NCBI GenBank assembly: GCA_015233115.1
Contig: JADFYJ010000016.1
Location: 499 to 61,481, forward strand
Direction: 5' to 3'
DNA from: Candidatus Omnitrophota bacterium
Lineage (GTDB): Bacteria > Omnitrophota > Gorgyraeia > Zapsychrales > Zapsychraceae
DNA: 60,983 bases
In this document: positions 48,399 to 57,265 of the stretch, in pieces
Numbering within the stretch: the first letter of the stretch is position 1
Layout: every line of letters begins with the position of its first letter
The notes under the pieces: generated by a model
Database searches by the model: none
Told to the model about the DNA's origin: nothing
The model's input: only the letters and a program-made list of their open reading frames with translations
Program-made: the position numbers and the translations under genes

Positions 48399-49465
48399 CA
48401 CCTACAAATAAATATTTCCCTCGCCAATTTTTTCGCTGCGTCAGGCTGATAAATACCCGCTTCGCTTAATTGCGATAAACTGGAACTGCCTTGTAAAAAT
48501 CCTTCAATAGCGCCGCTCACTTCTCCAGAATTAAAATATTTTTCGTCAATCACTTTCGCCCAGCCGGCTTTAGCCAAGGCTTGAGCATTAAATTTTTGAT
48601 GGCCGCCGGCATGCGGATAAGGAATTAATACTGATGGACGTTTAAACATGGCTAATTCAAAAACAGTCATAGCGCCCGAACGTCCAATAACTAAATCCGC
48701 CATGGTATAAAGTTCCGCCATTTTGTTGGAAAAATTGAATACTTGCACGGGGATTCCGGTCTTCAGATATCGATCCTTAACGTCTGAAAAATCCTTGTAT
48801 CCGCTGACATGAATTATTTGGAAAGAATACTGGGCTTTTAACTTTTCCAGGATGCTAACCAAGTCACGATTAAATTTCTGACTGCCCTGACTTCCGCCAA
48901 AAATCAAAATAGTTTGACGATTCGCATCCAGACCATACTCAGACAAAAGATCATTTTTGCTTTTGGCGGGAAATTGAATCGTGACCGGACAGCCGGTAAG
49001 AACAGTTTTTTGCGGCGGAAAATAAAGGGTGCTTTCCTGAAAACTGACAGCAATTTTGGAAACCAAATACGCTAAAATTTTATTCGCTTTCCCAGGTTTC
49101 ACATTTTGTTCATGCAATAGACACGGGATTCTTAAAATCACGGCAGCTAACACTATGGGAAATGCGCTATAACAACCAAACCCGCAGACCACATCCGGCT
49201 TGATATCATAAAGTTTTTTTCCAGCTCTAAATACCGCCGTCATCGCCCGGCCCATGGCACTCAGTATCTTAATTGGATTTAAAGACGTGATTCCCCGGCT
49301 GTCAATATTAACCACTGTGTAGCCATCATCTTCAATCAATTTCTGATTTTTCCGGAAGTCCCCGCAAAATATAACCCGATGGCCCACAGCCGTCAACTCC
49401 CGCGCCGTTGCCAGCGCCGGAAACAAATGCCCACCCGTCCCCCCGGTAGCTAATACAATTTTCAT
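48398..49465 (-). CDS. murG: Undecaprenyl-PP-MurNAc-pentapeptide GlcNAc transferase
   Basis: GGTGGHLFP, HEQN..PG.AN, GGSQGS, RSGA.T..E, HQ..NA. Start moved to ATG 49465. Confidence 0.96.
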   Translation of the reverse strand: MKIVLATGGTGGHLFPALATARELTAVGHRVIFCGDFRKNQKLIEDDGYTVVNIDSRGITSLNPIKILSAMGRAMTAVFRAGKKLYDIKPDVVCGFGCYSAFPIVLAAVILRIPCLLHEQNVKPGKANKILAYLVSKIAVSFQESTLYFPPQKTVLTGCPVTIQFPAKSKNDLLSEYGLDANRQTILIFGGSQGSQKFNRDLVSILEKLKAQYSFQIIHVSGYKDFSDVKDRYLKTGIPVQVFNFSNKMAELYTMADLVIGRSGAMTVFELAMFKRPSVLIPYPHAGGHQKFNAQALAKAGWAKVIDEKYFNSGEVSGAIEGFLQGSSSLSQLSEAGIYQPDAAKKLAREIFICR

Positions 49466-49486
49466 TAAATTTATGTTTTCGGTTGT

Positions 49487-49612
49487 TGTAGGGGCGATCT
49501 CCCGATCGCCCGCATCAATAAAATTGTTTTTCAATCATTCGTGTCTAAAATCAATTGTTTATAACAAAAAAACGACAATTTTGTAACGGGAGATCAGGAG
49601 ATCTCCCCTACA
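49487..49612. repeat. GTAG-type REP doublet (REPIN-like)
   Basis: tGTAGgggcgatc-tccc-gatcgcccg (49487-49512) and the inverted copy tGTAGgggagatc-tcct-gatctcccg (49612-49587), with a 74-bp spacer. Confidence 0.88.
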
Positions 49613-49619
49613 GATCTGG

Positions 49620-50708
49620 TTATAAGTCTTCTGTTCTCGAAATATTCAATAACAATCCTACAGCAACCATATTAAAAATTAAGGCTGAACCTCCATAGCT
49701 GATAAAAGGCAGAGGCAATCCTTTAGTTGGCAATGCTCCCATGCTCACACCGACATTTACCATAGCTTGTGTCCCCAGCATCGCGACAATACCGCTGGCC
49801 AGATAATAACCGAACGGGTCTTGAGTCCGTTTGGCAATCCGCGCGCCTTGCCAAACAAAAATTATAAACAGCATAATCACCGTAAAAGCGCCTAACAATC
49901 CCAGTTCTTCTCCGATAATTGACATAATAAAATCTGTGTGCGCCGCAGGTAAATAAAATAATTTTTGAACACTTTTTCCCAAGCCTAATCCGAATATTCC
50001 GCCCGAACCAAACGCGATGTGCGATTGGGTTAATTGAAAACCCGCGCCCAAACTGTCTTTCCATGGATCCAAAAATGCCACCATGCGCCGCATACGATAA
50101 GGTTCAAATTTAATCAACACAATAATTGCACCCAACGCCATAATAGCGATCGACATCACATGGCTTAATTTCGCGCCGCCGATAAACATCAGCACCCACA
50201 CCATAAGACCGATCAACACCGCATTCCCCATATCTGGCTCTTTTAATATGAGTAAACAAGTTATTCCCATGACCATCATTAAGGGAAAGAATCCCCTGCT
50301 CAAACTGCGGATCTCATTTTTCTTTCTGGCTAAAAAATCTGCCACATAAATCAGCATGGTTAATTTGGCTAACTCCGAAGGCTGAAAATTGATCGGCCCA
50401 ATCTTAAACCACCGGCGGGCGCCAAAGCTGGATTTTCCTAGATGGGGGATTAAAACCAGGACTAATAACACAATCGAAATCAACATCATAGGCTTGGCAT
50501 ATTTCCGAAGTTCCCGGTAGTCGATCAGCATAACCGGTATAGTGGCGATCACGCCCATTAATACAAATAATAAATGCCGGGTTAAAAAATATGTAGAATT
50601 TTTTAATTCCTGCTGAGCATAAATCCCGCTGGCACTATAGATCATAATGATCCCAATGCACAAAAACAAAATCACCACCATAGCTAAAGAAACTCTGAGT
50701 TCTTTCAT
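49620..50708 (-). CDS. ftsW: SEDS peptidoglycan polymerase FtsW
   Basis: GARRW, FQPSELAK, EPDMG, FLDPW, LPAAHTDFI...GEELG, LPTKGLPLPFISYGGS. Confidence 0.96.
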   Translation of the reverse strand: MKELRVSLAMVVILFLCIGIIMIYSASGIYAQQELKNSTYFLTRHLLFVLMGVIATIPVMLIDYRELRKYAKPMMLISIVLLVLVLIPHLGKSSFGARRWFKIGPINFQPSELAKLTMLIYVADFLARKKNEIRSLSRGFFPLMMVMGITCLLILKEPDMGNAVLIGLMVWVLMFIGGAKLSHVMSIAIMALGAIIVLIKFEPYRMRRMVAFLDPWKDSLGAGFQLTQSHIAFGSGGIFGLGLGKSVQKLFYLPAAHTDFIMSIIGEELGLLGAFTVIMLFIIFVWQGARIAKRTQDPFGYYLASGIVAMLGTQAMVNVGVSMGALPTKGLPLPFISYGGSALIFNMVAVGLLLNISRTEDL

Positions 50709-50724
50709 AATAAATAAAATAATT

Positions 50725-50857
50725 TGGTTGATGGTTTTTGGTTGTTGGTTTTTGGTTAAAAAAAACGAATAATTGTTTGGTTGTTAGTTTTGGATAATTG
50801 TTTTTTGTGTTGATTAAAATATTATTCGTTTTTCAAAAATTAAAAGCCATAAACTTA
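50725..50857. repeat. Degenerate inverted pair of 7-mer arrays (same family as 24590-24674)
   Basis: gttgatg gtttttg gttgttg gtttttg, internal 13-bp IR aaaaacgaataat/attattcgttttt, and a decayed right arm caaaaat taaaagc cataaac. Confidence 0.7.
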
Positions 50858-50876
50858 TATAATCAATTTGTTAATT

Positions 50877-52163
50877 TCATAATTCATTAACAATTCTTTT
50901 GAATTCTTCCCCCCGATGTTCAAAATTATTGAACATATCAAAACTCGCGGTCATCGGACTTAACAAAACACAATCTCCCGGCTGAGCTAATTTCCGGGCG
51001 CAATCGATTGACTGCTTAAAATCCTCTGCCAGAGTCAACGGCACTACATCAGCAAAAGCTTCTTTTATTTTCATCCGGATCGCGCCCATGGCGACCACAT
51101 GTTTGACTTTGCGGCTCACCAAATCACGAAGCGGAGTATAATCCAAATTTTTATCCGACCCGCCGCAAATCATAATAAACGGCTTGGTCATATTTTTAAT
51201 CGCCCATTCCCCGGCTTCAACGGTCGTAGATTTGGAGTCATTAATATAATCAACCCCGTCTAAATTCCTCACCCATTCCAGCCGGTGTGGGATCCCCTTA
51301 AACTCATGAAATACTTCCCGGCACACATCCGGTTTAATATTTAAAATTTGCGCCACTTTCATAACTGCCAATTGATTATCATTCAAAGCCTCATTGGGCG
51401 TAACCGCGTATTTATCATAAAATTCTATTTTCGACGGTAAACGCTGGGCCAGGCCGCGCAGACGGGGAGAATTCCCGCTTAATACCGCGAATTCCTCAGC
51501 CGTATGATTTAAAAATATCTGCGCTTTGGCGTCAAAATATTCATCAATGTCTTTATGCCGGTCTAAATGATTAGGATTAAAATTGAGAATGACCCCAATA
51601 TAGGGCTTAAAACCTTTGAACCCCTCGCTCCCAGGTTTCATCAAAGATTCCATCTGAAACGAACTGACCTCCAACACCACATAATCATTTTTATTCACAT
51701 CTATCGCGTACTCACAAAAAGGCGTTCCCACATTGCCGCACAAACACGCTTTGTATCCGGCTTTTAATAAAACATTTTTAATCAAATTAACCGTCGTGGT
51801 CTTGCCATTACTGCCCGTGACCGCAATCACCGGAATATCGCAAAACTGAAACGCGAATTCAATCTCCCCCAATACCGGAATTTTTTTCTCATGCGCCCAT
51901 TGAACCGGCTGTGCATCATAACGCACTCCGGGGCTGAGCACCACCAAATCCGCATCCTGCACAAATTCTTGAGTATGCCCGCCCCATTCCAGCTCTATCC
52001 CGAAATCTTTAAAAAACTGATGCACATCCGCGCCAAATTTCTCAGGCATGGCTGTTTCAGAAATTTTCACACAAGCCGCGCCAGCTCGCTTAGCCAATTT
52101 AGCAGCAGCCAACCCGCTTTTCTGGGCACCTACAATAACCACTCGTTTATTGATTAAATTCAT
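50877..52163 (-). CDS. murD: UDP-MurNAc-L-Ala-D-glutamate ligase
   Basis: SPGV, TGSNGKTT, EVSSFQ, HLDRH, HRLE, NDSKST, SP..ASFDMF.NFEHRG. Confidence 0.96.
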   Translation of the reverse strand: MNLINKRVVIVGAQKSGLAAAKLAKRAGAACVKISETAMPEKFGADVHQFFKDFGIELEWGGHTQEFVQDADLVVLSPGVRYDAQPVQWAHEKKIPVLGEIEFAFQFCDIPVIAVTGSNGKTTTVNLIKNVLLKAGYKACLCGNVGTPFCEYAIDVNKNDYVVLEVSSFQMESLMKPGSEGFKGFKPYIGVILNFNPNHLDRHKDIDEYFDAKAQIFLNHTAEEFAVLSGNSPRLRGLAQRLPSKIEFYDKYAVTPNEALNDNQLAVMKVAQILNIKPDVCREVFHEFKGIPHRLEWVRNLDGVDYINDSKSTTVEAGEWAIKNMTKPFIMICGGSDKNLDYTPLRDLVSRKVKHVVAMGAIRMKIKEAFADVVPLTLAEDFKQSIDCARKLAQPGDCVLLSPMTASFDMFNNFEHRGEEFKRIVNEL

Positions 52164-52176
52164 AAGTTAATCCTGA

Positions 52177-52270
52177 TAGTATGTGGTTCGTAGTATGTCG
52201 TATGTAGTAAAACAACAAAACGAATAATTCGCATTTTGCCACATACTACATGCCACATACCACGTACTGC
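52177..52270. repeat. Inverted pair of 7-mer arrays (TRGTATG / CATACYA)
   Basis: tagtatg tggttcg tagtatg tcgtatg versus catacta catgcca catacca cgtactg, with a 30-bp spacer. Confidence 0.88.
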
Positions 52271-52277
52271 TTTAAAG

Positions 52278-53363
52278 TTATCTAATTTTCAAAGTAGTCA
52301 AAGCTACAAGTGCAAAAATTACCGCTAAAATCCAAAACCTCACAATAATTTTCGATTCTTTCCACCCGCTTAATTGCAAATGATGATGAAACGGCGCCAT
52401 TTTGAAAATTCTTTTGCCGGTCATTTTAAACGACGCCACCTGCAAAATAACGGACAATGCTTCCAATACAAAAACTCCGCCCATGATCGGCAGTAATAAT
52501 TCTTTTTTAATAAACACCGCAATCACACCCAATGTTCCGCCTAAAGCCAATGAACCCACATCCCCCATAAACACATTCGCCGGATGGCAATTAAACCACA
52601 AAAATCCTAAGCTCGCGCCCGCAATCGCGGCGCAAAAAACTGTCAATTCCCCAGTACCCGGAATATATGGTAAAAGCAAATAGTTAGAAAACAAAGCGTG
52701 GCCAGTGATATAGCATAAAACGGCTAACGTCAAACTGGTGAACAACACGCACCCGATCGCCAAACCATCCAGCCCATCGGTAAAATTGACCGCGTTGCTC
52801 GTTCCGATAATAACCACCGCCGCGAAAATAATATAACCCCACCCTATATTCACCGCGATCTTGGTAAACGGAAACGTAATGTCAGCCGGAATGAACGGAC
52901 TAAAATACACATATGATCCTAAAAAACAACCTAAAAGCACCTGCCACATAAATTTCGTGCGCATGGATAACCCGCGGTGCTTGCCAATCCCTTTTAATTT
53001 CACATAATCATCAATCCCGCCTAAAATTCCTAAATATAAACATGTAAACGTCGTAAAAAGAATATAGCAATTCGTCATGTCTCCCCATAACAGCACAGAG
53101 ATTAAAATGCTAATGACAATAAAAATACCGCCCATCGTGGGCGTGCCTTCTTTAACTACCTGAAATTTATCCAAACCCGGAGCATCATTGCGTTTAGCGA
53201 TCTCTTGAACCCGAAGCGCATTCAGCCATTTGATAAACATCGGGCCAAAAATCAAACAAAATAAAAAAGTTGTAATTCCAGCCATCCCGGCGCGGAACGT
53301 AATATAACGAAATATGTTAAATCCGAAGAAAAATTCTTTAAATTGACTTAAATAAAAAAACAT
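52278..53363 (-). CDS. mraY: Phospho-MurNAc-pentapeptide transferase
   Basis: GTPTMGG, DDYVK, SNAVNFTDGLDGLA, FMGDVGSLALG, APFHHH. Confidence 0.97.
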   Translation of the reverse strand: MFFYLSQFKEFFFGFNIFRYITFRAGMAGITTFLFCLIFGPMFIKWLNALRVQEIAKRNDAPGLDKFQVVKEGTPTMGGIFIVISILISVLLWGDMTNCYILFTTFTCLYLGILGGIDDYVKLKGIGKHRGLSMRTKFMWQVLLGCFLGSYVYFSPFIPADITFPFTKIAVNIGWGYIIFAAVVIIGTSNAVNFTDGLDGLAIGCVLFTSLTLAVLCYITGHALFSNYLLLPYIPGTGELTVFCAAIAGASLGFLWFNCHPANVFMGDVGSLALGGTLGVIAVFIKKELLLPIMGGVFVLEALSVILQVASFKMTGKRIFKMAPFHHHLQLSGWKESKIIVRFWILAVIFALVALTTLKIR

Positions 53364-53372
53364 GGCTCTGTT

Positions 53373-54737
53373 CTATAATGTTTTAAAATATTGTTTTAAG
53401 AAATCCACCACGCGTTCCATTTTCATGCCGCGTGAACCCTTCACCAACACGACGGCATTTGATTTCGCGCATAATAATTTCAACCGTGCTTCGATTTGTT
53501 GGAGTGTCTGGCAAATATAAACTTTTTTTGAATTCAACTTCTTTACAGCCTGGCCAATGAAAGCCGCCCCTTCACCTAAAGTGACGACCGCGTCAATATC
53601 CGTCTCATTAATCGCTTCACCAACCGAACGGTGCTGCTCCGCGCTGCCTTCCCCTAACTCCAGCATGTCCCCGCACACCATGATCTTTTTTAACCCCGCG
53701 GGCCATTGTCCTAATGTGGCAACAGCACTGCGATAAGATACGGGATTGGCATTATACGTATCATCAATCACCATACTCTTGTTTATAGCATAAAAATTCT
53801 GCCGTCCGTCAGGATTCTTAAATTTTTTTAGTCCGTTCTGAATCGCGTCATCCGGCACTTTCAACAATTTTCCGCACACCAAAGCCGCTAAGGCGTTATA
53901 AACGTTGTGAATCACCGGATCATTCAGAATAAATTTTTTATTTTGGACCGTAAAAGAAATATTTTCTTGCTGTTGAATGTGTTCCGCCTGATAATCGCTT
54001 TTTTGTGCCACGGAATAGCTCACTCGAGAAAAATGATATTTGTCTGAAGCCAATTTCCGTAAAAATTTATTATCCGCGTTATAGACGACCACACCGTTTG
54101 ACCGCATAAATTTAACCATCTGACTTTTTTCCCGGAACACGCCGAGTTCGCTGCCCAAGCCTTCCAAATGAGATTCTCCAATCGCGGTAAAAACACATAT
54201 TGTGGGCGCTGCTATCCGCGCTAAACCCGCGATCTCTCCTTTATGGTTAGTCCCCAGCTCTAATATAAGGACGCGGTATTCTTTCCGTAATTTCAAAATG
54301 GTCAAAGGCACGCCAAATTGATTATTAAAACTTTTCGCGCTCTTTAACGCCTGATACCGCGTTGATAAAACCTCCGCGATCATATCTTTCGTCGTAGTTT
54401 TCCCCACGCTCCCTGTAACCGCGATCACTGGAATATCAAATTTACTCCGGTAATAACGGGCTAAATCGCCGAGAGCTTGAGTCGTATCTTTCACTTTAAT
54501 GACCACAATCTTACGCGGACATACCACATCCTCAGACACCAGCATGACAGACACACCTTTTTGCGCCACTTCATTAACAAACGCATGCCCGTCGAATTTC
54601 TCCCCTTTAATCGCGATAAATAATTCACCAGGTTGAACAGTTCGTGAATCCGTCGATACCCCCGCCACCAAGCCGGTCTTTACCTCACTGATCACTTGAC
54701 CATTAACCGCTTTAATAATTTCTCTAATTGTTAACAT
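53373..54737 (-). CDS. murF: UDP-MurNAc-tripeptide D-Ala-D-Ala ligase
   Basis: STDSR, FDGH, TGSVGKTTTK, NN.FGVP, DDTYNANP.S, GDMLELG, KGSRGM.ME. Confidence 0.96.
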   Translation of the reverse strand: MLTIREIIKAVNGQVISEVKTGLVAGVSTDSRTVQPGELFIAIKGEKFDGHAFVNEVAQKGVSVMLVSEDVVCPRKIVVIKVKDTTQALGDLARYYRSKFDIPVIAVTGSVGKTTTKDMIAEVLSTRYQALKSAKSFNNQFGVPLTILKLRKEYRVLILELGTNHKGEIAGLARIAAPTICVFTAIGESHLEGLGSELGVFREKSQMVKFMRSNGVVVYNADNKFLRKLASDKYHFSRVSYSVAQKSDYQAEHIQQQENISFTVQNKKFILNDPVIHNVYNALAALVCGKLLKVPDDAIQNGLKKFKNPDGRQNFYAINKSMVIDDTYNANPVSYRSAVATLGQWPAGLKKIMVCGDMLELGEGSAEQHRSVGEAINETDIDAVVTLGEGAAFIGQAVKKLNSKKVYICQTLQQIEARLKLLCAKSNAVVLVKGSRGMKMERVVDFLKQYFKTL

Positions 54738-54781
54738 ACCAACCCAATCTTAAATTAAATTTGAATTTATTAATAAAAAAA

Positions 54782-55678
54782 TCATTTTCCACTTTTCCAC
54801 AATGGCGACTCTTTCCAGTTATTTAAAAATCCCATAACCTCATAAAAGTTAGGAATAGCAACAGGTTGACTTAATAATGAATTCACCTCAAAATGCCACT
54901 CATCCCTAATCCGTTGTTCTATAGGTAATTTGGATAAAAAATTGTTAACCGCGAAAACAACTGACCCCACACGCTTTGTATTTATATCATGCCACCCATC
55001 ATGTTTAGGAACAACCATAGCAATGGCTAGTTCCCTATTCCATATTCTGCTATGATGCGCGCAAATATTACGGATATAAGTAAAAGTATGAAGCCACGAG
55101 GATACAACGGTAGAATGGTACCCGATAATTTGAGCTAAAGCGATCTGATCATCCCGAAGCAGATTGTGGTAAAGCTGAGATAAAGACCCAAACGACATAA
55201 CTTCAACGGCCATCCATAAAGGCAAATGCGGAAATTCTTCATATTTATTCTTATAATGATCAATAAATGTTTCTTTCGACCGGACAGTCTCGTCATGAAT
55301 CTTGGTAATCCATTCCGCGTGCTTGGATTTATCAAAAAAAATTTTAGCGTCCTCGTGAACAAAAGCCCCATATTTACGCGCCAAATAATACGAAATAGTC
55401 GAACGCACAGAAATTTCAATAACTTCGAGAGCTTCGTCAATCAAAAAACGTAACCGGCGATCAAATTCGTAAAGTTGTTGTATTCGTTCAAATGTAACGC
55501 CAGAATGGAATTGGTGACGTTTCAATTCAAAAGGCAGACAATACGCGCTGAAACGATAATAACTAACCTGACTCAAAAATTTCTCAGACTTTGACGGATT
55601 GGCAATTATAAGGCCGCGGCTGGCAAGTAGATTTATTTGTTTATCATACGAAAGAGGGGGCTTGTTATATTTTTCCAT
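54782..55678 (-). CDS. Abi_2 family (AbiD/AbiF-like) HEPN ribonuclease
   Basis: KPPLS...QI.LL.SRGL, SYYRFSAY, YEFDRRLR, PLW...EVMSFG.LS, HEPN motif RNICAH followed by HSRIWNR. Confidence 0.92.
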   Translation of the reverse strand: MEKYNKPPLSYDKQINLLASRGLIIANPSKSEKFLSQVSYYRFSAYCLPFELKRHQFHSGVTFERIQQLYEFDRRLRFLIDEALEVIEISVRSTISYYLARKYGAFVHEDAKIFFDKSKHAEWITKIHDETVRSKETFIDHYKNKYEEFPHLPLWMAVEVMSFGSLSQLYHNLLRDDQIALAQIIGYHSTVVSSWLHTFTYIRNICAHHSRIWNRELAIAMVVPKHDGWHDINTKRVGSVVFAVNNFLSKLPIEQRIRDEWHFEVNSLLSQPVAIPNFYEVMGFLNNWKESPLWKSGK

Positions 55679-55691
55679 AACACTCCCTTAA

Positions 55692-55754
55692 GAAAAGAAA
55701 AACCCGCCCAAAATGCGCACTAAGCCGAAGCTCAGGAGGCGTGGCGGGTATGTT
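55692..55754 (-). ncRNA. Candidate abiF-type structured RNA (putative antitoxin or leader)
   Basis: ACCCGCC/GGCGGGT closing stem, internal UGAGC-UUCG-GCUUA hairpin, GCCUCC and GUGCGCAU internal segments, then a U-rich tail just before the RBS. Confidence 0.7.
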
Positions 55755-55760
55755 GATCAT

Positions 55761-55789
55761 AATATACCCGATCTTGTTAAAGAAGGCAA
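55761..55789 (-). promoter_or_regulatory. Internal sigma70 promoter for the RNA plus abi gene
   Basis: TTGCCT (55789-55784), 17-nt spacer, TATATT (55766-55761). Confidence 0.65.
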
Positions 55790-55806
55790 CCTCTTTTATT
55801 TTTCTT

Positions 55807-57264
55807 TTAACCATTTTTCAGAATTTCCCTTACGACCAACCGTTCATCATAATCAATCGTCTTATCTCTAAATATCTGATACGTTTCATGACCTTTGCCG
55901 GCCAAGAGAACAATATCCCCCTTTTTCGCTGACCCTAAAGCTTTTCGTATCGCTTCAGTACGATCAACTTCAATCATAAAATTTTCTTTCGCAAAACCTT
56001 TCACCACTTCATCAATAATTTGCCGTGGTTCTTCACTGCGCGGATTATCTGAAGTCACAACACAAATATCCGCCAATTCTCCGGCGATTTTTGCCATTTT
56101 AGGGCGTTTGATTTTATCCCGGTCTCCGCCGCAGCCAAAAACCAGAATAATTTTTCCATGAGGTAAACGGCGGACGGATTCCAGCACATTTTTTAACGCG
56201 TCGTCCGTGTGAGCGTAATCAATAAAAATCAAATAATCTGTCCCGCATTCTACCTTTTCCAGCCGGCCCTTAACCAGATCACATTTCAAAATACCCTGCT
56301 GTATAAATTTTGGATCAATATTTTCATTGAGCGCGGCTGACGCGGCTGCCAGAATATTATAAATATTATGTTTCCCAATTAAACGTGTTTCAAGCGGAAA
56401 AGTCCCTCGAGAATGAGCAAGATTAAACTTGGATCCGGACGCGTCCATTTGAATATCAACCGCCATCACTTCCGCCTTATGATCAATGGCATATCCCATA
56501 ACTTTGGCTTGAGTCATACGGCCTAACCGTTCGCCCATCTTATCATCCATATTAATAACCGCGAATGATTTGGGGTGCAAGTGTGTAAAGAGCTTTGATT
56601 TTGCCAAAAAATATTCTTCTTCCGTCTTGTGATAATCCATATGATCCTGCGTCAAATTCGTAAACAACGCTTGACGAAAATCGATCAGATCGACGCGTCC
56701 TTGGGCCAATCCATGAGACGAAACTTCCATGGCGCAATATTTCATCCTGTGATCGCGCATGAGAGCAACATATTTTTGAATATCCACCAGCCCCGGTGTA
56801 GTATTTTTTGCCTCAATCACATCATCGCCGATCACATGCTGAATCGTCCCCATAATCCCACAAGGCTGTCCTGCTTCCTGAAAAATTGACCGCAATAAAT
56901 ATGTGATGGTCGTTTTGCCATTGGTTCCGGTAATCCCTAAACAGCACACTTGGCCTGACGGATGGCCGTAAAATCTGTCTACAGCCTGGCGCAAAATTTG
57001 CCCGGGATTTGACACATGAACATACAAAATGCCGTCTTCAACCCGATACCCGGCAATCCCATTCTGAACCACAGTTTTGGCGCCGCGGAGCACCGCATCT
57101 TTAATAAATTGTTCCCCGTTCTTCACGCTCCCTTCCACCGCAAAAAATAAACAATCCGTCTCTGCCAGCCGCGAATCACAGACCACCACAGAAATTTCCC
57201 GCGCCCCCAAATCATGAGGCAATTGACAGGTAATTTCTGCTGGTAATATTTTTTTTAATTTCAT
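55807..57264 (-). CDS. murE: UDP-MurNAc-dipeptide meso-DAP ligase
   Basis: GITGTNGKTT, NTTP, MEVSSHGL, TNLTQDHMDYH, DYAHT, FGCGGDRD..KR, DNPR (DAP-type), AGKGHE. Confidence 0.96.
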   Translation of the reverse strand: MKLKKILPAEITCQLPHDLGAREISVVVCDSRLAETDCLFFAVEGSVKNGEQFIKDAVLRGAKTVVQNGIAGYRVEDGILYVHVSNPGQILRQAVDRFYGHPSGQVCCLGITGTNGKTTITYLLRSIFQEAGQPCGIMGTIQHVIGDDVIEAKNTTPGLVDIQKYVALMRDHRMKYCAMEVSSHGLAQGRVDLIDFRQALFTNLTQDHMDYHKTEEEYFLAKSKLFTHLHPKSFAVINMDDKMGERLGRMTQAKVMGYAIDHKAEVMAVDIQMDASGSKFNLAHSRGTFPLETRLIGKHNIYNILAAASAALNENIDPKFIQQGILKCDLVKGRLEKVECGTDYLIFIDYAHTDDALKNVLESVRRLPHGKIILVFGCGGDRDKIKRPKMAKIAGELADICVVTSDNPRSEEPRQIIDEVVKGFAKENFMIEVDRTEAIRKALGSAKKGDIVLLAGKGHETYQIFRDKTIDYDERLVVREILKNG

Positions 57265-57265
57265 G

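Noticed and set aside
49466-49534. N-terminal extensions in the ORF track (murG, purU, PLD, CBS, gnd, murC, TPR, GT2)
   Set aside because: They run into repeats or upstream genes. Downstream ATGs fit the family N-termini and RBS or stop-start overlaps.
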